From NCBI GenBank assembly GCA_951406725.2, contig OX597824.1, positions 98,642,001-98,706,000 on the forward strand: a stretch of DNA of 64,000 bases, read 5' to 3'. The position numbers were made by a program, and so were the translations under genes. The notes under the pieces are model-generated. The model had not been told where the DNA came from, ran no database searches, and worked only from the letters and a program-made list of their open reading frames with translations. Positions 1 through 12,770 of the stretch are shown one piece after another (the first letter of the stretch is position 1; each line of letters opens with the position of its first letter). The DNA is from Octopus vulgaris. Taxonomy: Eukaryota.

Positions 1-548
1 GTATGTACGTATGTATGTGTGTGTGTATGTATGTATGTATGTACGTACGTACGTATGTATGTTTGTATGTATGTTTGTACGTACGTACGTACGTACGTAT
101 GTATGTATGTATGTATGTATGTATGTATGTATGTACGTATGTATGTGTGTGTGTATGTATGTATGTATGTACGTACGTACGTATGTATGTTTGTATGTAT
201 GTTTGTACGTACGTACGTACGTATGTATGTATGTATGTATGTATGTATGTATGTATGTATGTATGTATGTATGTATGTATGTATGTATATATGTATGTAC
301 GTACGTATGTATGTATGTATGTTTGTACGTACGTACGTATGTATGTATGTATGTATGTATGTATGTACGTATGTATGTATGTATGTACGTATGTATGTAT
401 GTATGTATGTATGCATGCATGCATGCATGTATGTACATGTATGTATGAATGTATGTATGTATGTATGTATGTATGTATGTATGTATGTATGTATGTACGT
501 ATGTACGTACGTACGTACGTATGTATGTATGTATGTGTTTATGTATGT
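1..548. repeat. Compound tetranucleotide microsatellite (TATG)n/(TACG)n
   Basis: Direct reading; source of the spurious MYVC ORFs. Confidence 0.97.
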
Positions 549-549
549 C

Positions 550-715
550 TCCAAGCATAACAGCTTCTTTTTGCATCCACGTCATTCTAGGTTCCATTCT
601 ACATCGTGATAAATTGCCGAAGTATCTTCCACTTCGACTATAGTTTTGCATTCACCAATACGGTGCCAGTTTTATTTGAGTAAGCGGAAACTGTGCTGAA
701 GCGCGTTGTGTATAT
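550..715 (+). mobile_element. Diverged 5' half of tRNA-derived SINE family A
   Basis: ggttccattct...aagtatcttccac...gcggaaactgtgctgaagcgcgttgtgtata aligns loosely with copies at 6188 and 41712. Confidence 0.5.
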
Positions 716-864
716 ACATATATACACAACGGAGATGTACTTGCATAGCAAGTGACCTGATCTGAGATCGTGTGCTGGAACGAAAACAATTGCAGCGTGG
801 AAGGTGTTTATAAGTCATTTAAAAACACCCAAAAACAGTTAGAATCACTTCAACATTTAAATTT

Positions 865-920
865 AATTTGCCAAAATATTTTCGTCGCTTTGAGATCGCA
901 ACGTGATCACTGACAAAATT
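865..920 (-). ncRNA. Minimal type I hammerhead-like motif with swapped G3-C8 core pair
   Basis: Minus strand: aattttgtca-GTGATCA-c-gttgc-gatctcaaa-gcgac-GAAA-atatt-t-tggcaaatt. Stem I about 9 bp, stem II 5 bp, palindromic stem III AATATT. Confidence 0.55.
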
Positions 921-926
921 CCATGC

Positions 927-1125
<199 letters not shown>

Positions 1126-1249
1126 CCAGGAGTCGCAAGTTCATAGGAGCCTGGCCTAGTCAGTAACAATATGGTTCTCAATACACACACACAGATATAT
1201 ACACATATATATATATGTATATATATATATGTATATATATATGTATATA

Positions 1250-1290
<41 letters not shown>

Positions 1291-1789
1291 GCGCGCGCGC
1301 ATATATATGTATGATCCAGGTGTGCTTATTATTTTACGCCACTCTCGAAAGCGGTCTTATACCGCTTTACATTCTGTGACTTAACATTCCGAACCATAGA
1401 TATCGATAAAATAATAATCAAACTGAAACAAGGAATGAGTTCGATCCGCTCCAATATGGTGTGTGTGTGTGCGCGGGCGCGCGTATTGTGCCTTATGTCG
1501 AGGTATGTCATCCCATATTTATATATAGTGCTGCAGTATGGTCGTAGTCCACGAACAAAAAGGAATCAAAGAATAAAACGGAATCGCGCACCTTTAACAT
1601 ATTTTGGGCGAATAATTTCACAGGAAACAGAAAATAAAACTATTTAAAATTTTTCACTCTGAGACAGAAACAGACAGACAGACAGACAGACAAAACAGAT
1701 ATTTGTGTGCTTGGTCGCATGTATATACCTATGTGTATATGCGTGTGTGTGTGTGTGTATGTATGTTTATGTGTATGTGTGTGTATATA

Positions 1790-1853
<64 letters not shown>

Positions 1854-2097
1854 TGTATGTATACACACAGGCATATATATATACATCACAGAGAGGGACA
1901 GCCACATATATGTATATGTATTTGTGTGTGTATGTGAGTGTAAGTAATATATATATGTGTGTGTGTGTGTAAGTGTACTTCATCACATATGTATATATCT
2001 GTATGTCTGTATGTGTATACGTAAACATATGTTTGTTTTGGTTTATTTACACACCATATACATACATGCATACACACATACACACACACGCGCACTC

Positions 2098-2136
2098 ATA
2101 CATACATTCATACATACATATACATACATACATACA

Positions 2137-2168
<32 letters not shown>

Positions 2169-2331
2169 CATACATATACATACATATATATACATACATA
2201 CATATACATACATACATATACATACATACATACATATACATACATATACATACATACATACATACATACATACATACATACATACATACATACATACATA
2301 CATACATACATACATACATGCATACATACAT
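2098..2331. repeat. (CATA)n/(TACA)n microsatellite
   Basis: Direct reading. Confidence 0.95.
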
Positions 2332-2375
2332 AGGTTACCTGAATCATAAAGACCCCTGCAAAGTGTGATATTTAT

Positions 2376-2550
2376 CTATAAGCAAAGGGGCTACACCCAG
2401 AGGGGACAAACAAGGACAGGCAAACGGATTAAGTCGATTACATCGACCCCAGTGCGTAACTGGTACTTTATTTAATCGACCCCGAAAGGATTAAAGGCAA
2501 AGTCGACCTCGGCGGAATTTGAACTCAGAACGTAACGACAGACGAAACAT
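2376..2550 (-). mobile_element. tRNA-derived SINE family B (5'-truncated)
   Basis: Reverse complement of gagttcaaattccgccgaggtcgactttgccttt...aagtaccagtt...ggggtcgatgtaatcgactt, shared with 10138, 27290 and 39153. Confidence 0.88.
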
Positions 2551-2559
2551 ATATATATA

Positions 2560-2619
<60 letters not shown>

Positions 2620-2631
2620 TGTGTGTGTGTA

Positions 2632-2671
<40 letters not shown>

Positions 2672-3024
2672 TGTGTGTGTGTGTATGTAAGTATATCTAG
2701 AGAGCTAAATAGGTAGGTAGAGAGACATATTGTTCTCAAGTCCATTCTGACATCACTTCAAGATTACTTCACATCGTTTGTTTTTTGCTTCTACATTGTT
2801 ATTGTTGTTTGCTTTCCTTCGCCCTCCTCTTCCTCCAACTTCTCCTCTTCCATCCCTCCCTCCCTCCCTCTCGTTTCTCTTCCTTCCGCCGCCAATACAA
2901 CCCTTCTCCTCCCCTCCTCCTACCCCCTCCTTCTAATCTAACAATACTAATCCTTATTCTCTTCCAGATTCCATTCACTCCTCTGCATTTCTTCCTGTCT
3001 TCTTTCCTTCCTTTCACACACACA

Positions 3025-3071
<47 letters not shown>

Positions 3072-3230
3072 GCACACACGCACGCATACAACAATGCACG
3101 CACGCACGCAAAGACGCAATACACGCGTGAACCTATCCCTGTACCAGACTCTCTTGCACTCTTGCACACAGGAGCAACATCGCCGAGAGCAGACGATACA
3201 GCAATTCAACTCAGACACATTCAGCATACC

Positions 3231-3310
<80 letters not shown>

Positions 3311-3322
3311 TGTATGCATGTG

Positions 3323-3354
<32 letters not shown>

Positions 3355-3388
3355 CGTATATACATATATACATATATGTGTATATATA

Positions 3389-3438
<50 letters not shown>

Positions 3439-3451
3439 TACATATACATAT

Positions 3452-3483
<32 letters not shown>

Positions 3484-3612
3484 GTACATACACACACACA
3501 AGTATATATATATACATACATACACAAGCATGACCATTCCTACACACTGTCAGCCGAATCCACACATGAACATCTAACCGTACACATATTTGTTGAACGC
3601 TTGCACATCGAT

Positions 3613-3643
<31 letters not shown>

Positions 3644-3954
3644 CGCACACACACACACACGCGCGCATTCACACACAAGCAGTGTTCTTGTTGTTATGGT
3701 TGTTACTGCTGTTTTACATATTGTATGTTTTAATGTTGCGATACGCACATATCTCAAGACATACATACATTCACACATACGTACATACATACATATATAT
3801 ATATACTATATACATTCACTCATACATATATACGTACATGTACACACGCACATATACATGGAAATACAATCGCATACACACACACACACACACACACATC
3901 TTGATTGAAGCATCGGGAGGGAAAAAGCTAAAGAAAGCGTCACATTGAGGCAGC

Positions 3955-4002
<48 letters not shown>

Positions 4003-5085
4003 TTAACGTTTTCGAATCCGCGTATATTACTGGTACGATCTTATATTGACCCTGCCACGTAGGAAAAATAACCAAAGCTGACCTCATCAAGATTTGTGAC
4101 TTAGAGCATCAAAACAAGTTGCGAGATGGGAGATGAGGGACTTGTTTAAGGGGCTTATTTAACACTTGACTGTCTTTATCCTTTAGAAGGAAGAGGGGGA
4201 GGGGGAGAGAGGGGGCGAGGGTAAGTGTCCATTTAACCCTGGGTGTATAGAAAACCTGTAATGTGATAATGACGGGTGGGGTTAAGATGAAAGCGAAAGT
4301 CGACCCAGATGAAGTAGGGAGGGTCACTAGTTGGACTGTCACGTGTACACCATGTAGGGCGGTGCTTTATTATTTCTGCTCTTACAACAGGAATTGTTGT
4401 TTATGACTTTTGTTTTTGTTGTATCTGTCCTCAATGAGTCGGGGTGCGGGGGGGGGGGAGTTTGTACTTTCACTTTCTCTTTTGTCACTTCGTCTTAACA
4501 TCTTAAATTCTTTACCTTCTACTCTCACCACTCCCGTCACCTCCTCTCTTCTTCTTCGTTTTCGTCTTCTTATTATTCTTATTCTTATTTTTCTTCTTCG
4601 CTAAATCCTATCCCCCCCACCCTCTGCTGTTGTTATAGTTGGATTTCACACCCCTCCCCCGTCCCTCACTACCTTATTGTAACGATACCTACTGCTGTTG
4701 TTGTTATTGCTGCTGCTGCTGCTGCTGCTATTGTTGTTGGTTCCATTGTTGCTGTCGTTGCTCCTCATTCGTCCAGTTGGGCTGCCTCTTACTGTCAGTC
4801 TTTCCAAACTGGATTCCAAGTCTGCTACTAACCATTATTTAATCCTTAGGAATGACAGAGAGAACGAGAAAGGCGGAGGAGAGAGGGAGTCGTGGTGAGA
4901 GGGAATGGAAGCGCAAACAAACGCTCTACTTATATACATATATGTGTGTGTGCGCGTGTGTGTATATGCGTGTGAGTGTGTACGTGTGCGTGTGTGCGTG
5001 AGCAAGCGTGTGTGAGCATGTGTGTATAATTCTCTTTCTCCTCTCACTTTCTCTCTCTATGTATGTATGTGTATATATTGTATGC

Positions 5086-5127
<42 letters not shown>

Positions 5128-5128
<1 letters not shown>

Positions 5129-5480
5129 CTCCGTCGGTTTCAGCGATGATTATTTAGCTTGTCACTCAACCGAATCACTCGTTTGTTGAATTAACGTGTA
5201 AGTGGCTGAGAGTTCCTGAATTCTTGACGCATGGCTGCCTTTAATGTAATTCTCAGATGGAATCCGCGTGACGCTTGTGTGCGTCAAGAATCTACCTTTG
5301 AACAACGACAAGCACGATCCATGTAACGGGCTTCGGTACAGTTTCCGTCTACCCGGTTTCACTCACAATGTCTGCGTCGAAATTAGGCCATACAAACTGA
5401 CATTTGCCTATGATGCCGGACACTGGAAGCGAACGCTGAGCCCTGTGATTACGAAACAAACTTCTCTACAATTCGGTCAT
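5128..5480 (-). mobile_element. Diverged SINE family C tail followed by diverged SINE family A head
   Basis: ctccgtcggtt...aattaacgtgtaagtggctgag (family C) and acgggcttc...cagtttccgtctacc (family A). Confidence 0.6.
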
Positions 5481-5537
5481 ACTGAGCCTACACACCCAAA
5501 CACCCCCACCCACACATACACACATGCACACACTTAT

Positions 5538-5796
5538 GGCACTCCGTCGGTTGCGACGACGAGTGTTACAGTTGATCCCCTGAATGGAACAGAATGCTCG
5601 TGTAATTACTGTGCAAGTGGCTGAGTACTCCACAGACACGCGTACCCTTAACGTAGGTCAGAGAGTGATCGAACAAGGCTGACCCCCTTTGAATTAGAGG
5701 CACAACTCAATTTTGCCTGCTGAGCTGCCAGGACCCGAACTCACGACCTTACGAACGGGAGCCGTATACCGCCACTCACTAAGCTATGCGCCTTCA
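5538..5796 (-). mobile_element. tRNA-derived SINE family C
   Basis: ctccgtcggttgcgacgacgag...tgcaagtggctgagtactccacagacacg...gaactcacgacc...cactaagc; A/B-box-like head at the right end on the minus strand; homologues at 12517 and 24906. Confidence 0.8.
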
Positions 5797-6187
5797 TTAC
5801 ACACACACGCGCGCGTAGTATAGCATACCGTTCCTTTGTTGAATGGTCCAGCAAAGTAAAGCATTTTCTACTCTTGAGAGTCATTAGAATATTATTTACA
5901 AGATATCATTTGAGACAAACTGCTCGAGCTTCATGTCATTTCCCCCCCCCCTTTTTTTCTGTCAATTCAGATTTATAAATAAGCAATTTGGCCGCATGGG
6001 TCGTATTTCAAAACTTAATGGTGAACATTAGTGTGAGAATTCCAAACCTCTCCTCTTCTGGTAAAACAAAACACATTCAACAAAGCAGCGTCGCTTCATA
6101 ACAGGACCCGGACAGATTCTGGATTCAAAGATAAGATCTCATACACATTCAAGACTCGGGAAATGATAGAAATAAGCGCAGTGCGCA

Positions 6188-6565
6188 GGCGCAGGTGTGA
6201 CTGTAGGGTAAAACGCTGGCTTCCCAACTACGTAGTTCCGTATTCAGTCTGACTGGGCGAGTGTCTTCTACTACAGCCTCGGACAGACCAAAGCCTTGTG
6301 AGTGGATTTGGTAGACGGAAACTGAAAGAAGCCCGTCATACATATATTTATGTATGTGGACGTTTGTCCCTCACCAGTGCTTGACAACCGGTGCTGGTGT
6401 GTTTACGTCCCCGTAACCTAGTAGTTCGGCAAAGTACACCGATAGAAAAGGCACCAGGCTTTTAAAAATGTCCTCGGATCGATTTGTTCGACTAGAATCC
6501 TTCAAGGCGGGGCCCCAGCATGGCCGTAGTGTAATCCCTGTAACAAGTAAACGATAAAAGATAAG
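6188..6565 (+). mobile_element. tRNA-derived SINE family A, near full length
   Basis: ggcgcaggtgtgactgt head; gtgtcttctactacagcctcgg; gtggatttggtagacggaaactgaaagaagcccgtc; ccagcatggccg; aagtaaa tail. Confidence 0.9.
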
Positions 6566-6589
6566 CATAACCATCATCATCATCATCGT

Positions 6590-6778
6590 CATTATCATCA
6601 TCGTCATCATCATCATCGTCATCATCATCATCGTCATTATCATCATCACCGCCATTTAACCTGCCTTTTCTATGCCGGTATGGGTTGGACTTGTGTTAAA
6701 AGACTGCGCCAAGCTCTAGTATCTACTTTGGCATGTTTTCTACGACTGGATGCTCTTTCTAACGCGAACCACTTTACC
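6590..6778 (-). mobile_element. Short retroposon fragment with (GAT)n tail (RTE-type 3' end)
   Basis: (ATC)n followed by atgccggtatgggttggac...ctggatgctctttctaacgcgaaccact; family assignment from memory only. Confidence 0.45.
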
Positions 6779-6784
6779 ACTGAA

Positions 6785-7335
6785 GGAACAATATCCGAGG
6801 CCATCTAGGAGAGCATTTCCCTTGGAGCCATAGATATAGAAAAATATTTATTAGGCGTTCAGTGAAGGTCAGCTTTAGTTCAGGTCCCCCCATGAAGAAA
6901 ATAATTTCAAGTAAGCCCACCAACCTGACTATTCCAGACCCTACTTTTGAGAATGCAGATTCTTGCCCATTAGATCAGGCAGCAATGTCAGGTGAGTTGT
7001 GCAGAAAGCCGAAGTCACTTAAAACACATTAAATAAACATTGGCATGCGTAAAGGTGGCTTCCAGGAAGTCTTTATAATCAGTCGCCAGTCAAGTACACT
7101 GACAAAAAATTTCCATGACGTTAGCACACTACAATTGGAAGTTAAGGGGGCAGCAACATTGCTTACAGCATGAAATGGAGGTTGCTACGTGAATGGGTCA
7201 AATAAATGCATCCTTTGTCTAGCAGAAAGAATACACATCCTGCTAAAATGAAGAGCCACAACAGCTCTTTAAATCCCAGGAATGAGATGTTTCATTAGAT
7301 GTATCCACTAAGACAAGTTTATGTTAAATCTCCAG
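6785..7335 (+). mobile_element. Penelope-like element remnant: linker plus GIY-YIG endonuclease
   Basis: Frame-disrupted translation EHFPWSHRYRKIFIRRSVKVSFS, DSCPLD, LAHYNWKL, NKCILCLAERIHIL, RNEMF..RCIH*DKFMLN, collinear with PLE C-termini (HFP..H.YHKIFNRNTVKVSYSC; CPL.G.CL; C.LCL.EK; R.E..S.CRH). Confidence 0.8.
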
Positions 7336-8102
7336 CATCGTGATTACTACACCACAATCCTCCATGCCAACCCTCCTTTTACACATTATATTGCTCAATG
7401 CGCATGCATAACGAACACATCTACATGCCGACATTCTTACGAAATACCAAAACTATAGGCATAACTGCAAACCACCACCGCTAATACATGCCTATATATT
7501 TAGAGGTCCAATCACACAGAGCATCACACATTCCAACAATAAACATAAGCACTTAAATTCCACAAAACATAATATATTTACAGAATAAGTTTTTGCCGAA
7601 GAGGTAAACTTTAAATATATTTTCTCTTGTGTCCTTTTGATTCAGCCATCATTTTACGTGTGTCTGTGTAGGCGTAATATATAAATAACTTTCTTGCATG
7701 CTAAAGCTTTTTACTCACATACACTTGTACACACATCTAACTTGCGTCCCACATTGTCGTTGTCTTACCATGGGCTTCACCAACACCTAATCTCTCACAC
7801 TCACATCCTTTCTCCCCTCCTCACATACACTCTTTCTTACCACCCACTTAACGGTTACACACGTACACCAACACCCCACACACACCACCTTCCCTCTAAT
7901 CTACAACACTACACGTACACACTACTACACACATATATCTGCTTATAACACGCTTATACTTCCACATGTATACCTGCTCTTTCCTCCATTTTAACTCCCT
8001 TTCCTACATAATCGTATTCCCACCTGGTTTCTAACTCTTCAGCTGTCTATTCCCTCACTGACTAAATCTCTTTATCTCTTCCTCACTGCTTCGCTTTTTC
8101 TT

Positions 8103-8130
8103 CTGATGAAAGACGAACGTCCGAAACGTT
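8103..8130 (+). ncRNA. Minimal PLE-type hammerhead ribozyme core (degenerate stem I)
   Basis: CTGATGA-a-agac-gaac-gtcc-GAAA-CGTT at the end of a pyrimidine-rich PLE-like tail. Confidence 0.55.
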
Positions 8131-8221
8131 GGCGCGTTTTCCCTTTCATTAAATTGTTAAGCTAATAACTTATTTGTTAAAACTTGCCTATCTTGTATTG
8201 TCAATTATTATTGTTCATTGC

Positions 8222-8281
<60 letters not shown>

Positions 8282-8571
8282 TGTGTATGTGCATATATGT
8301 GTATATGCTTATTTCCGGGTAGGTGCATATTTACACACATGAGCGTGTTAAAATTATGTAATCATTTATACATAGCTACCCGTGTATACATCAAGTCTGT
8401 GTGTGTGTGCGTCTCTGTGCATGCTGTGAATGTATGTATGTATGTATGTGTGTGTGTATATATATATAGATATAGATATAGATATATGCAAGCACACGCA
8501 CTCACACATACACACACATATATGTGTGTATGTAGAGAGAGAGGGAGAGAGAGAGAGAGAAGACAGACAGA

Positions 8572-8576
8572 CTGAC

Positions 8577-8656
<80 letters not shown>
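8572..8656. repeat. (AGAT)n microsatellite
   Basis: Direct reading. Confidence 0.95.
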
Positions 8657-8857
8657 GTGTAAAGACAGTGAATCTAGATTTTTTTAAAGCCACACCAGCT
8701 GACCAACTTTTGGTCTAATTAAACCTTATCAGCGAAATATATTCAACTGTTTGAAAGGCTAAGCGCAATCAAAACATGCGCGCGCACGCACACACACATA
8801 CACATACATGTATATATAGGTATATAAGTATCTATGAAAAATAACATCATATATATA

Positions 8858-8890
<33 letters not shown>

Positions 8891-8941
8891 ATATATGTTA
8901 TTGATACTATCTACGGACATAAAAAACAATTTAGCAGACGA

Positions 8942-9314
8942 TTACTCTTTTACTTTTTCAGTCATTTGACTGCGGCTATACTGGAGCACCGCCTTTAGTC
9001 GAACAAATCAACCCCAGGACTTATTCTTTGTTAGCCTAGTACTTTTTCTATCGGTCTCTTTTGCCGAACCGCTAAGTACGGGGGGGGGTGAACACACCAA
9101 CATCGGTTGAAAGGCGATGGTGGGGGGACACACAGAGACACACATACATACATATATATATATATACGACGGGCTTCTTTCAGTTTCCGTCTACCAAATC
9201 CACTCACAAGCCTTTGGTCGGCCCGAGGCTATAGCAGAAGACACTTGTCCAAGGTGTCACGCAGTGGGACTGAACCCGGAGCCATGTGGTTGGTAAGCAA
9301 GCTACTTACCACAC
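8942..9314 (-). mobile_element. SINE family A, near full length, well conserved
   Basis: Reverse complement of the family A body; B-box-like gggttcagtcccactgcgtg and A-box-like gtgtggtaagtagcttgc. Confidence 0.92.
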
Positions 9315-9619
9315 TCAGAACGTAAAATATTTTTAATTAAATAACAATATGGTCTATTTAATAAACTTTTCGATCATTAGAATAAATATCTTAAATAAAA
9401 AAAGGAATGTAAAGAAGACAGATCTAAATATATTCCACATCGTAAATATAAATAAGACTGAAGACTCACACAGCTGCAGACCGATTATTTCTGTTTCACT
9501 GATTAAATGTGTCATCGAATATGATTTCGAAAGAGAATCAGAAACATTATTTGATCCAGTATTTAAATGTTTTATTTAATATGGCCGCCGCCCGTCTTCC
9601 GTTTTTTATACACAATACT

Positions 9620-9730
9620 CCACCGCTACCAGCAATTTCTTCAATAACAACATCATTAAAGTTAGCTTTAGTTGCAACTAAACTCTAGCGATTCTTCCTG
9701 CTAGGATCCATAACAGAACTCCCAGAAAAA
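9620..9730 (+). mobile_element. Short Penelope-like ORF fragment
   Basis: Translates NFFNNNIIKVSFSCN*TLAIL, matching the PLE linker KIFNRNTIKVSYSC. Confidence 0.5.
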
Positions 9731-10137
9731 CATACAAGATTTTCGATGAAATTCTAAACATAACTGTACAGTCGACGATTTCTCGACTCTGCCAATCAAA
9801 CGGTTGGATATACATTTCAGAATGATACATGTTCATCACGTGGCTTCATTTGACACCATATTGCGAAAGTGAAACAATGACATCGCCGATGAGATATTTT
9901 AACCATTTAATGAAAGATAAGAACGGTCACATTCTCTCTTGATTTATTTCTTTGCAGCAATGTCTAATTGTAATAGTATTGACGATAGGCTTTAATAGTA
10001 CACTCTATAATTAATAGTATTGTTGCCTATCTGTTATAGTAAACTCTGATTTACACAGTTGCCTAAAATAGTCAATTCTAATATCAATACTATTGGCTAT
10101 TTTTTAATATCATTCTCTAATATTAATGATACAGATA

Positions 10138-10530
10138 CGGCAGCGAACTAGCAGAGTCGTTAGCACGCCGGGCGAAATGTTTAGCGGTATTTCGACTGTC
10201 TTTACATTCTAAGTTCAAATTCCGCCGAGGTTGACTTCGCCTTTCATCCTTCTGAGGCCGATAAATTAAGTACCAGTTGCGTACTGAGATCGATCGAATC
10301 GACTGGTCCCCTCCCCCAAAATTTCGGACTTTCTGCCGAATCGTTAGCACGCCGGTCCAAATGCTTAACGACATTTCGTCTGTCTTTACATTCTGGGTCC
10401 AAATGCCGCCTTTCATCCTTATCGGAAATCGATAAAAAAAGTAAAAAGAAGTACCATTGAATTACTGGGGACAATGTTATCGACTTATCCCCTTCTGAAA
10501 AATTGCTGGCCTCGTGTCATAATTTGAAAG
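10138..10530 (+). mobile_element. Two tandem SINE family B copies (about 10138-10332 and 10335-10530)
   Basis: Both begin gaXtcgttagcacgccgg..aaatgXttaXcg; gcctttcatcct and aagtacca are repeated. Confidence 0.88.
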
Positions 10531-10575
10531 CAATATTAACAAAAGTCTATGAATTTTGAAATTTCCGATATATAC

Positions 10576-10997
10576 AAGCTGTGTGGCGAGTACTTTGCGT
10601 TACAACAACATGGTTCCGGTTTCAGTTCTGCCGCGTGTCACCTGGGACAAATGTTGTCTACTATAGACTCGGGCTGACCAGTCTTGCGAGTGGATTTGGT
10701 CGACGGAAACCGAGAAAAACCCGTCGTATATATATATTTATATATGTGTGTGTGTGTGTGTGTGTATGTCTGTGTGTGTCTGTCTGTCTGTCTGTGTTTG
10801 TCATCCACCAACGCTTGACAACCAGTCTTGATGTGTTTATGTTCCCGAAACTTAACGGTGGGGCAAAAACGATCGATAAAATATGTACCAGGCTTTAAAC
10901 AAATAAGTTCTGGGGTGGACAGATTCGACTAAAATTCTAGAACCCAGTGCCTCAGCATGGCCGCAATCCAATGACTGAAACAAGAGAAATAAAATAA
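10576..10997 (+). mobile_element. SINE family A, diverged full length
   Basis: gctgtgtgg head; gtggatttggtcgacggaaac; cttgacaacc; cagcatggccgcaatccaatgactgaaacaag tail. Confidence 0.85.
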
Positions 10998-11039
10998 TGT
11001 GTGCGTGTGTGTGTGTGTGCATACATATATATATATTTG

Positions 11040-11405
11040 TTTGTGTCTGGCAGGTTTGATAGCCTTCAACTAACACTATCTCCTTCGAGACCCTGCGGCG
11101 CAAGTTGACCAAAATTGAGAGTATGATAGAAGAAGGCTTGCTCTTCCTTCCGTAGAAGAAAAAGTTCAAATCGGACCATGTTAACACCAAAAATTATTTA
11201 CATCAAAAAGGCGCTTTTTTTTAATGAAAATCCCTATTTTTTACGATTTTTTGACTGCTGTGTCGCCATTTTTCGGTGTATTTCAACCAGAAAAATGTTC
11301 AATTAAAGAGAATAACAAGCTAAATATTGCAATTTTTTTACTTTTCAAAAATTTTAATTCTAAAGGGTCGAAACAAACCCGAGTAACGCCGGGCGATACT
11401 GCTAG
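11040..11405 (+). mobile_element. Non-autonomous Helitron (3' end intact)
   Basis: GC hairpin cccgagtaacgccggg (11378-11393), then 8 nt and CTAG|T (11402-11405), the canonical Helitron 3' signature; 5' TC end not resolved. Confidence 0.65.
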
Positions 11406-11452
11406 TATATATATAAACACGCATTCAAACCTACATATGTACATACATGTAA

Positions 11453-11484
<32 letters not shown>

Positions 11485-11687
11485 GCGAAGAGAGAGAAAG
11501 AGAGAGAGAAAGGGAGAGAGATTCATAATGCATTGCATTATGGGTTAGTCCCAAATGTATTGAAAGGTTTTAACAAACAAATTTTTATCTTGTTTTCGTT
11601 TCTGCTGTAAATAGCTTCGAGCTATTTATAAAACAAGTGAATCGGAACTCCGACGTCACTGCCAACTTGTCTGTCGCTTAAATAATA

Positions 11688-11763
<76 letters not shown>

Positions 11764-11977
11764 GATTTCGGGTCGGCAGAACGATACAAATAACCAGTTG
11801 TTGCAACTCAATGTACATAAGCTTTAGAATAAAGCATTTGGCGAGTACAAACCGTGCTATTTATGAATAAGCTACAAGGGAACCGGAATTCATTGGCTTA
11901 CAGTTGTTTCTCCTATAAAAAGCAAAGCACTCATAGCCGAGTGCTCGTGCAACATAACATAGCTTCACATATATATA

Positions 11978-12016
<39 letters not shown>

Positions 12017-12185
12017 ATATGATTTTGGTTTTACAGGCACGTTCAGACTTTTTCTTGGTTAAAATTCTGCCCTGCACAAACATATTTAAAGACACACACA
12101 TAATCGCAAAAAAGCACATTTTATACCAGCACCGTCTAAGTTATACGTACACACACACATACACACCTACACGGCGAAACACACA

Positions 12186-12228
<43 letters not shown>

Positions 12229-12516
12229 ATATATACATATATATATATATACACACGCAAGTGCACATACACATACGTCAAACACAACTCACGGAAAGAA
12301 ATATACACTGCTGCCGCTTTCCCTCTCACGCACACACACATACACACACATACACATACCTACACATACGCATACCTACACATACACATACCTACACATA
12401 CACATAGCCTTACACCCAGCCCCATACCTCCACGAATGCATCCCCCACCACATACTTGCTACCAAGTGCGCTTACACACACTGACGCAAACACCAGCACA
12501 ACAACCACAAACTGAC

Positions 12517-12770
12517 CCTCCGTCGGTTACGACGATGAGTCTCTCACTTGATCCGATCAACGGAACAGCCTGCTGGGGAAATTAACGTGCAAGAGTCTGA
12601 GCGCTTCACAGACACGCGTGATCGTAATATAGTTTAGCATGACATGGAATGTGACGAGGCTGGCCCCCTTTGAATCACTGGTACAACTCTTTTTTACCAA
12701 CCGAGTGGACTGGAGCAATGCTCTATAACACAACGCACAACCGAGAATCGAACTCTTCACCACTAAGCTA
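12517..12770 (-). mobile_element. SINE family C
   Basis: ctccgtcggttacgacgatgag...gatccgatcaacggaacagcctgc...gagtggactggagcaa...gaatcgaactc...ccactaagc. Confidence 0.82.
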
